Shown: positions 1 to 7,426 of the stretch, one piece after another
Layout: each line of letters begins with the position of its first letter
How positions within the stretch are numbered: the stretch's first letter is position 1
Assembly (NCBI RefSeq): GCF_006345805.1
Contig: NW_021826963.1
Location: 1-11,588 of the forward strand
Source of the DNA: Octopus sinensis
Lineage: Eukaryota
Length of the DNA: 11,588 nucleotides
Direction: 5' to 3'
Translations under genes and position numbers: made by a program
The notes under the pieces: generated by a model
Seen by the model: only the letters and a program-made list of their open reading frames with translations
What the model was told of the DNA's origin: nothing
Database searches by the model: none

Positions 1-32
<32 letters not shown>

Positions 33-188
33 CACACACACCGTTCTCATCTACCAAATCCACTCACACGTTTTGGTCAGCTGAGGTTATGGTAGAAAAC
101 ACTTGCCAAGGTGCCACGCAATGGGACTGACCCAGAACCATGTGGTTGGGAAGCAAGCTTCTTACCACTCAGCCACTGCGCTTGCGCC
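1..188 (-). mobile_element. tRNA-derived SINE family 1, 5' half running into its internal (TG)n array (1-41), cut by the window edge
   Basis: The reverse complement GGCGCAAGCGCAGTGGCTGAGTGGTAAGAAGCTTGCTTCCCAACCACATGGTTCTGGG... aligns with the full copy at 5807-6224. It has an A-box-like TGGCTGAGTGG and a degraded B-box. Confidence 0.9.
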
Positions 189-230
189 GTATGTATATAT
201 ATACATCCCACCCACACCACACACAACCAC

Positions 231-269
<39 letters not shown>

Positions 270-466
270 ATTATATATGTATATATATATATGTATATAT
301 ATATTATATACATATACATATATATATATATATTATATATATATATATATGTATGTAGATATGAATATATATATATATTATATATATATATAATATAATA
401 TAAAATATATGCATAACACTACATATATGTAATACCTACATATCATGTATATATACTTGCATATAT
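189..466. repeat. Compound (AT)n / AT-rich microsatellite
   Basis: Imperfect TA runs with ACAT interruptions, visible directly. Confidence 0.95.
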
Positions 467-916
467 GGGTACAGGACATAAAAAAAAACATAAAAACATA
501 GAAAACGAACTCTTTTCGAACAACGAATAAAACAAACAGAGAAACGAGACATACAACACCAGGAATATTCCCCTTCTTCAGTTGTCCCTGTTTCATCTAC
601 TCCGCGTTTCGAAGGTAAGGACAAGACGCGATTTCGTTGAAAGAGTCTTTCCCGCAAAGCAAATTAAATAAAATTTGGGATTTTTTGCGGAGGGGTGAAA
701 GTGGTAACAAGAACGGAACAGTGAGAACAAGACAGTAAAAACAATAAAAAAGTAAAAACAATAAAAGACGGAACAATGAGAACAAAACCGCAAAAACAAA
801 CGGTGAGGGCTGTTAAGCCAAGACGATGGAAAAATTATTCTGAACGCTTAGGAAGACGGGCTTATGAAGAGACAGTATAAGCACGTTTAGTCTTTACGAA
901 GGTAGTAGTCAGAAAG
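467..916 (-). mobile_element. Repeat family A copy 1, probable Penelope-like 3' end (pseudo-LTR)
   Basis: 467-647 aligns with 1024-1230. Both ends abut TA arrays. It contains TTCGAAACGCGGAGT and CTGAAGA motifs on the minus strand. The PLE assignment is inference. Confidence 0.55.
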
Positions 917-1023
917 AATATATATATATATATATATATAACAAAGTAATATATAAAACATATGCATATATACATACATATATGTACATACCTACATCTA
1001 TATGTATATATACATGCATATAT
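917..1023. repeat. (AT)n / (ACAT)n microsatellite
   Basis: Visible directly. Confidence 0.95.
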
Positions 1024-1230
1024 GTGTGCTGGACACCAAAAAAAAAACGTTCAACAGAATCAGAAACGCAAACATAAAAATAAAAACATGGAAACGGACT
1101 TTTTCTAAACAACGAAAAAACAGAGTACAAGACATACAACACAAGGAATATCCCCCTTCTTCAGTTGCCCCTGTTTCGGCTACTCCACGTTTCGAAGGTA
1201 AGGACAAGGCGCGATTTCGTTGAAAAAGTC
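1024..1230 (-). mobile_element. Repeat family A copy 2 (truncated)
   Basis: Shares CCCCTTCTTCAGTTG..CTGTTTC..CTACTCC.CGTTTCGAAGGTAAGGACAAG.CGCGATTTCGTTGAAA with 467-647. Confidence 0.8.
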
Positions 1231-1274
1231 CTGCCTAGCGATAAGCATTTATGTATAGTAATGCCATTAATATC

Positions 1275-1333
1275 ATATATATATATATTATATATATATA
1301 TATATAATATAATATATATATATATATATATAT
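1275..1333. repeat. (AT)n microsatellite
   Basis: Visible directly. Confidence 0.95.
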
Positions 1334-1477
1334 GGAGAGTTTACGAAAAAAACAAAAGACAAAGACAGGTGGTGTACAAAACAAACAGATGTATAAGTAT
1401 AACGCTCAGGAATAGAAAAAGTCTTTTACGTTTCGAGCCTACGCTCTTCTACAGAAAGAGACACAGAAAAAACAAGG
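1334..1477 (-). mobile_element. Penelope-like element 3' end (family B), solo fragment
   Basis: The reverse complement aligns with about 9514-9667, which lies downstream of the PLE RT remnant. It contains the HHR and ends at a (TA)n array. Confidence 0.85.
1422..1459 (-). ncRNA. Minimal type I hammerhead ribozyme motif, variant core CUGUAGA
   Basis: Minus strand reads TCTTT-CTGTAGA-A-GAGC(GTAG)GCTC-GAA-ACGT-A-AAAGA. That gives a 5-bp stem I, a 4-bp stem II, a palindromic ACGU stem III and a GUA triplet. Confidence 0.7.
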
Positions 1478-1647
1478 AGAGATACAGGAAAGTTTAGATA
1501 GTATAAAAATAAAGTAATGATAATAATAACTGTTTTACGTAAAGTTCAAAGGTTTTGACGTCATAGTGTATTGCAAGGATTTCTCATCAAGAGTAGAGTC
1601 CAGAGGGATCCGTAGGTAGGAGAGGTGCAACCGGAGAGTACATATCG

Positions 1648-1895
1648 CAAGAAGAGATCAGACTAGTGACTATACTAACAAGGTAAAGTCAATTGTCACG
1701 TCAAAGTGACTGTTCCATGTTACTATTAGTATAACCCCAGGCAGATCACAGCCAGCTGGTTATCGGTACAGCGCTGCACACTATATACTACTAGCAGGGG
1801 GGGGGGTGAACCCTTATCATCCTCTAGCAGACAACAGGATCGCGAGACTGACTCAGTTTCGAGTTGGTTGAATAATCCTCTGTCACGATCACCTG
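1648..1895 (-). mobile_element. Repeat family C copy 1 (HHR-like head plus about 210-nt tail)
   Basis: 1648-1823 aligns directly with 2402-2566. 1752-1860 aligns inverted with 2568-2673. Confidence 0.75.
1838..1890 (-). ncRNA. Decayed hammerhead-like motif
   Basis: Minus strand reads GATCGTGA-CAGAGGA-TTATTCAACCAACTC-GAA-ACTGAGTCAGT-C-TCGCGATC. It has an 8-bp stem I (one G-U), a core one base from CUGANGA, a self-complementary stem III and a GUC triplet. Stem II does not pair. Confidence 0.45.
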
Positions 1896-1920
1896 GCCGC
1901 CGGAGCGATAGCCAGGGTCC

Positions 1921-2309
1921 GTGGAGGCGCAATGGCCCAGTGGTTAGGGCAGCGGACTCGCGGTCATAGGATCGCGGTTTCGATTCCCAGACCGGGCGTT
2001 GTGAGTGTTTATTGAGCGAAAACACCTAAAGCTCCACGAGGCTCCGGCAGGGGATGGTGGTGATCCCTGCTGTACTCTTTCACCACAACTTTCTCTCACT
2101 CTTACTTCCTGTTTCTGTTGTACCTGTATTTCAAAGGGCCGGCCTTGTCACTCTCTGTGTCACGCTGAATATCCCCGAGAACTACGTTAAGGGTACACGT
2201 GTCTGTGGAGTGCTCAGCCACTTACACGTTAATTTCACGAGCAGGCTGTTCCGTTGATTCGGATCAACCGGAACCCTCGTCGTCGTAACCGACGGAGTGC
2301 TTCCATCCC
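1921..2309 (+). mobile_element. tRNA-derived SINE family 2, full-length with 11-bp TSD
   Basis: A-box TGGCCCAGTGG and B-box GGTTTCGATTCC. The flanking direct repeat AGCCAGGGTCC is at 1910-1920 and 2310-2320. Head and body are shared with 4938-5135. Confidence 0.92.
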
Positions 2310-2401
2310 AGCCAGGGTCCACTCCAGCCTATAATTTATTGTAAACAGTGCGACCATCGGTCACTGATTTGCGACAAGCAAAATAGCTAGTTGTAAGAGA
2401 T

Positions 2402-2566
2402 CAAGAAGAGATCAGACTAGTAACTATACTAACATGTAGAGTCAATGCCACATCAAAATGGCTGTTACTACATGTTTAACCCCAGGTAGATCTTCCGCCA
2501 ACTGGTTAGCGTTGCAGTGCTGCACTCTATATATTGCTAGCAGAGGGAGCGAAACCCTACCATCCT
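2402..2566 (-). mobile_element. Repeat family C copy 2 (same orientation as copy 1, lacks the HHR end)
   Basis: CAAGAAGAGATCAGACTAGT.ACTATACTAACA...CCCCAGG.AGATC...CATCCT aligns with 1648-1823. Confidence 0.8.
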
Positions 2567-2673
2567 TGAAACTGAGTCAGTCTCGCGAACCTGTTTTTTG
2601 CTAGAGGGTGGCAGGGGTTCGCTCCTCATGCTAGCAATATATAAGGTGCAGCGCTGCACCGATAACCAGCTGG

Positions 2674-3199
2674 GGATCTTTTCGGTTTGAACGGCAGTTT
2701 TTAACATAATTTCTAGGTAACAAAAAAATTTCAAACTTCGTATACTGGTAGAATGTGTTTATAAAACATCTTTTTCTCTTGGCTTTATTGAGAAAATTTT
2801 ATAGCTTGTAAGATATTTGTTTGTTGTTTTTTCTTTAATTTCTGCAATTTCAACCAATCAGTGACGTCTATTTAGGTATAAAAAACATTCTGTGCCGTAT
2901 GAATACGTTCCTCGTTTAAGAAACAGATTGGGTTTATTTACATTTGTGAAGAAAAAAAAGATACCCTTCCCTCCACCCCTAACCCTAACCCTAACCCTAA
3001 CCCTAAAACAGATTGAAATGCAATAGATCGATACTATTGAAATGCAATAGATCGATAGACAAATATAACAAAATAATTTGATAAAAAATGTGAATTTTTA
3101 ATTATTTTCTGAGATTTTACAAAAACAACAAAAATATTATGGGTGACAATTTCATATGACACCGCTAGAAAAAAACTGCCGGTCAAACCGAAAAGAGCC
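2674..3199. mobile_element. 526-bp non-autonomous TIR DNA transposon (MITE), possibly Merlin-like
   Basis: 29-bp TIRs GG(A/C)TCTTTTCGGTTTGA(A/C)CGGCAGTTTTT at 2674-2702 and 3171-3199 (27/29 match). The 8-bp TSD is CCAGCTGG (2666-2673) / CCAACTGG (3200-3207). GG termini with an 8-bp TSD fit Merlin/IS1016-type elements, but hAT and P are not excluded. Confidence 0.85.
2977..3006. repeat. (CCCTAA)5 telomere-type repeat inside the MITE
   Basis: Five exact CCCTAA units. Confidence 0.95.
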
Positions 3200-3357
3200 C
3201 CAACTGGCGGAAGATCTGCTTAAGCAGTAACATGGAACATCTATTTTGATGTAGCGGTTAACTTTACTCGTCAGTGTAGTTAGTAGTATAACTACGTAGT
3301 TTAATTCATAGCACCACCTGGTTTACACTGTTTCTATTTATTTCGAAAGAAAACCAG

Positions 3358-3456
3358 TTTGGTCACATGACCTCACTCCAGACACACTTGCACTTCAATG
3401 CCACGTTATTGTTATGGTTGTTGTTGTTATTGTTCTTGTTGTTGTTGTTGTTTGTT

Positions 3457-3507
<51 letters not shown>

Positions 3508-3900
3508 ATAGTTGTTGTTATTGTTGTTGTTATTGTTGTTGTTGTTTTTGGTCACATGACCTCCCCCCAGACATACTTGCACTTCAATGCCACGTTATTG
3601 TTGTTGTTATGTTGTTGTTGTTATTGTTGTTGCTGTTATTGTTGTTGTTATTGTTGTTGTTATAGTTGTTGTTATTGTTGTTGTTGTTATTGTTGTCGTT
3701 GTTATTGTTGTTGTTGTTGTTGCTGTTATTCTTGTTATTGTTGTTGTTGTTGTTGTTATTGTTGCTGCGCCGCTGTTGCTTTTGTTGTTGCCGTTTACAG
3801 TTTTGGTCCCGTTGTCATTGCTTTGGTTGCCGTACTTTTCGATTACATTTTTTTATTCTTGTTATTCTTGTTGCTATTGTTATAGCCATTATTGTTCTTC
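3358..3900. repeat. (GTT/ATT)n trinucleotide array with two copies of a ~56-bp spacer unit
   Basis: TTTGGTCACATGACCTC...CAGACA.ACTTGCACTTCAATGCCACGTTATTGTT at 3358-3413 and 3547-3602, each followed by GTT runs. Confidence 0.9.
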
Positions 3901-4197
3901 TTCTTTAGCACCAACAGACCTCTGATCAAAGGTGCTCCAGTTACGACCTTCCCTTCCTTTTGTTTAGACTCGGGGTTATTCCCACCTAGGTCCGTAGGAT
4001 TTCGTTATATAACGCAGACTTTGTCTATGGTTGTTATTGCGCAGTTGAGGTCAGTTATGTTTAAACGGAACAGTAAACAAAGCCGTTCCAACCATGACAT
4101 TCATATTACACAAACATTGATAACAACAACAAAAGAAGGAAACACGTGGCGACAGTAACAGCGGCGGCAATAGCAACAACAACAATCTGTGTATTTT

Positions 4198-4432
4198 TGT
4201 GGTAAGAAGTTAGCTTACCAAAAGACTTAGTTCCGGATTCAGTCTTACTGCGCAGCAGCTTGAGCAAGTGTCTTGGGTAAGTGACTCCTACTATAGCCCT
4301 GGTCCGACCAAAGCCTTTTGAGTTTATTTGGTGGACGGAAACTGAAAGAATCCTGTCATAGATGGATAGATCGATAGATACCTAGATAGCTAGATAGCTA
4401 GCTAGCTAGATATAGATAGATAGATAGATAGC

Positions 4433-4490
<58 letters not shown>

Positions 4491-4497
4491 AGACAGA

Positions 4498-4558
<61 letters not shown>

Positions 4559-4606
4559 TGACAGACAGACAGACAGACTGACAGATAGAAAGATAGATAA
4601 ATAGAT

Positions 4607-4689
<83 letters not shown>

Positions 4690-4904
4690 CAGACAGACCC
4701 CACCACCACCACCACCACCACTTGACAACCGGTGTTGGTGTGTTTACGTCGCCGTAACTTAACGGTTCGTTGTAAGTGACCGATAAGTACCAGGCTTTAC
4801 AAGATATCAATAGGCGCTGGGGTCGGTTCATTCAACTAAAAATGCTTCATGGTGGTGGCCCAGCAGTCAAATGGCTGAAACAAGCAAAAGAGAAAAGAGA
4901 AAAG
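4198..4904 (+). mobile_element. SINE family 1, old copy with ~360-bp internal compound microsatellite (GATA/GA/GACA/CCA, about 4359-4720)
   Basis: 4198-4357 matches the SINE1 head (TGTGGTAAGAAG...GCAAGTGTCTT...ACGGAAACTGAAAGAA). 4721-4904 matches the SINE1 3' half (CTTGACAACCG...GTCAAATG.CT.AAACAAG.AAAAGAG). Confidence 0.88.
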
Positions 4905-4937
4905 ATAACAACAACAACAACAGCAGCAGCAGCATCA

Positions 4938-5358
4938 GTGGAGGCGCAATGGCCCAGTGGTTAGGGCAGCGGACTCGCGGTCGGAGGATCACGGTTTCGA
5001 TTCCCAGACCGGGCGTTGTGTGTGTTTATTGAGCGAAAACACCTAAAGCTCCACGAGGCTCCAGCAGGGGCTGGTGGTGACCCCTGTTGTACTCTTTCGC
5101 TCCAACTTTCTCTCACTCTTTCTTCTTGTTTCTTGTCCCCGACTTCCTACGCAACAGCTGAGCCTGGATGCGCATTCATCCATCCATCGATGCTCTCGGT
5201 GTCGGGGGTTGACCTGCTTTCTCTTCTGCGGGTCTTACGAATAGCAATGGACCACGTTTCGGACCTCTCCCACTACAGAGGCGCGATCTTGCGAGCTCTG
5301 GGACGAAGACCACTTCGCTCAACAGCAAGAACAAAAGCAATAAGAACAAAAACAACAA
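4938..5358 (+). mobile_element. SINE family 2 head and body with a different 3' tail
   Basis: Closely matches 1921-2118 up to about 5135, then unrelated, ending in an (AAC/AAG)-rich tail. No clear TSD. Confidence 0.85.
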
Positions 5359-5548
5359 GACGTTGACCTGCGCGTGAGAAAAGAAACCTGAAATCGAACA
5401 GTTTTTCTTTTGAAATCTATTCTATTTGTTGCTATTGGTTAACTTACTCTCAAGAGTGCTCCAGCCGCGACCATCCTGGATTTTCTTTCTTTTTCTTTTC
5501 GGACAAGAAGTCGTTGTTTTTGTGTAGATTTGGCTTCTATTTGGCTGC

Positions 5549-7076
5549 ATGGTAAGAAGCAGAGACTGAAAGTCTGAAAAATCAAGAGTCTGAAAAACAG
5601 ATGAAGAATCCACACAAACAAGGAAGTATAGCAAAACTGGAACTGCAACCAAGTTAGTAATATCTTCCAAGCTATCAACCCAAGTTTGTCGACAATTATC
5701 TCAAGATGGCATCAATGTCGAGACTCCTTCCCAATCTGGTATTTACAGATCGACTATCAAAGAAGCTGTTAAACTAAAAAAGAAAATGAAGAAAACACTA
5801 CATATAGGCGCAGGAGTGGCTGTGTGGTAAGTAGCTTGTCTACCAACCACATGGTTCCGGGTTCAGTCCCACTGCGTGGCACCTTGGGCAAGTGTCTTCT
5901 ACTATAGCCTCGGGCCGACCAAAGCCTTGTGAGTGGATTTGGTAGACGGAAACTGAAAGAAGCCCGTCGTATATATGTATATATATATATATGCGTGTGT
6001 GTGTTTATGTGTCTGTGTTAGTCCCCTAGCATTGCTTGACAACCGATGCTGGTGTGTTTATGTCCCCATTACTTAGCGGTTCGGCAAAAGAGACCGATAG
6101 AATAAGTACTGGGCTTACAAAAGAATAAGTCCCGGGGTCGAGTTGCTCGATTAAAGGCGGTGCTCCAGCATGGCCGCAGTCAAATGACTAAAACAAGTAA
6201 AAGAGTAAAAAAGAGAAAGAGTATTTAGAAAACTGGTCATTGCATTTTGATAGTAAACGTACTGAGGACCAAGAATACCAAGTTCTGGTTTTAAAGAATG
6301 AAAAGAGAGAAGTTAAGTCAGAAGCAATCCTCCAATTACCAAAGGGAAAAGCCGATACTGTTGTGAAAGAAATAATAGCTGTTTTAATTGAATATAATTT
6401 ATGGAACTGTGTAAAGATGATTGTCGCTGATACAACGCATGTGAACACTGGGAAAAGAAATGGTATTGTCATTCAGTTGCAAAGACTGTTTGCTCAAAAG
6501 GGTTTGAAAGAACTGCAATTTATTGGTTGGCAGCATCATATCATTGATAGAGTTCTTCCTGTTGTAATGGATAACGAACTTGGAGAAAAAAGTCATCTCC
6601 CAATATTGAATATACATTCATTCCAGAGCTTCTAAATAATTACAAGAAACTCCAGGTTAATTTCAACAATGGTGAGGAAAATATTACTGAATCAGCAGAA
6701 TGGCAAGACGACATGAAATTTTTATTTCATTTGATCAGAGTTTTTCGTTTCTTTGAAGAAACGGGAAAATTTCCTACTGTAAAGTTTCAAAAAATACCCA
6801 GCTTAAGTAATGCAAGATGGAATTCTCGAGCAATACTAGCTCTTTTGGCATTTGCTCTTCTCCCAGAGAAAAGAATTTTGCTTCTCAATGTTTGTAGATT
6901 CATCTATTACAGCTGGACAGATTTTTGGTTTACTGACCAAATGTGCAATGTACATGAATATCAGAAGTTATGTGGTAGCCTGCAAGTTCATGAAAAGGCA
7001 TTGAACTCTGTAAAAAAACTTTTGGAGTCGAGAACCATCAAAACTGGAAATTCCCAAAACAAATTAGAGTGCAGCT
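5549..7076 (+). pseudogene. hAT-superfamily (hATm-like) DDE transposase pseudogene, interrupted by SINE1
   Basis: Manual translation gives ...RKYSKTGTATKLV...TPSQSGIYRSTIKEAVKLKKKMKKTLH|SINE|LENWSLHFDSK (D at 6249) ...MIVADTTHVNTGKRNG (D at 6429) ...FIGWQHHIIDRV (CxxH site, C>W at 6528). A frameshift at about 6593 leads to SPNIEY...NARWNSRA, and a frameshift at about 7017 to FWSREPSKLEIPKTN*SA. There are in-frame stops near the start. No TIRs found. The family call rests on recalled HxDGK / DTTxxNTG / CxHH motifs. Confidence 0.8.
5807..6224 (+). mobile_element. SINE family 1, best-preserved full-length copy
   Basis: A-box TGGCTGTGTGG, B-box GGTTCAGTCCC, internal (TA)n(TG)n at about 5970-6018, and an (AAAAGAG)-type tail. 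Removing 5804-6224 restores the transposase frame. Confidence 0.93.
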
Positions 7077-7272
7077 TCGATTTATATTTTCCTATATACT
7101 ATTTCTACTTTAGGCGTTATGAACAGATCAAAGACCATCCAGGAACAACTTTAGCTACAGGTTTCTTGGCTCAGGTGTAGCCAGGGAGTTAACAGCAACA
7201 GCTGCCTCTGCATTGCATTAAGTCTGCACACCAAGTCTGGTAAAAACTTGAGTAGGCATTATGAACCCCCTA

Positions 7273-7426
7273 CTAGAATTTTACATGCTTTGGGTCAAAA
7301 GTGATGTTAGATTTCTTCTGTTGGGAATTATTATTTTCGCACAACAGAGATTCAAGTATGCCATTAATGATATCAATCTGACCACTTTGCCTTCGTAGGC
7401 CATGTGCACTGCCTCTCCTTCCAGAC
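7273..7426 (-). CDS. Candidate terminal coding exon, unidentified (SGRRGSAHGLRRQSGQIDIINGILESLLCENNNSQQKKSNITFDPKHVKF*)
   Basis: A ~40-nt polypyrimidine tract followed by TTGCTAG|G on the minus strand, then an open frame to TAG TAG. No partner exons or homology recognised. Confidence 0.25.

Larger units (their letters stand above)
2568..3287 (+). mobile_element. Repeat family C copy 3, inverted relative to copies 1 and 2, split by the TIR element
   Basis: Begins GAAACTGAGTCAGTCTCGCGA. 2568-2673 is the reverse complement of 1752-1860. Homology resumes after the TIR element (3200-3287: GGCGGAAGATCTGC...GTAACATGGAACA...ACTTTAC). Confidence 0.8.

Noticed and set aside
77-1497. ORFs rich in I/Y/M (e.g. 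77-319, 111-398, 909-1142, 1165-1497)
   Set aside because: They are read-through of (AT)n arrays and repeat family A/B, with no protein-like composition.
1575-1600. CTTGATGAGAAA on the minus strand as an ultra-minimal hammerhead
   Set aside because: There is no stem II and no pairable stem I.
1921-2000. tRNA gene (also the heads at 4938, 5807, 10568)
   Set aside because: A and B boxes are present, but there is no cloverleaf with acceptor stem and each continues into a SINE body.
2005-2257. ORFs starting MFIERKHLKLHEAP (also 5016-5366)
   Set aside because: They lie entirely within SINE2 copies.
2977-3006. True telomere or chromosome-fusion scar
   Set aside because: There are only five units, and they sit inside a TIR/TSD-bounded element.
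1648-3287. Family C as DIRS/Ngaro split repeats, LTR pair or Helitron end
   Set aside because: The repeat order does not match ITR/ICR or A-B-A-B layouts. There are no TG..CA ends, no PBS or PPT, no CTRR terminus and no internal ORF.
3367-3925. Poly-V, poly-C and poly-L ORFs
   Set aside because: These are the three frames of the (GTT)n array.
3920-3955. GTGCTCCAG..CGACC.TCC motif, also at about 5447-5478
   Set aside because: It is probably a short SINE-tail-related remnant, too short to define as an element.
4398-4831. SIYL/SVCL repeat ORFs
   Set aside because: They are translations of the GATA/GACA microsatellite.
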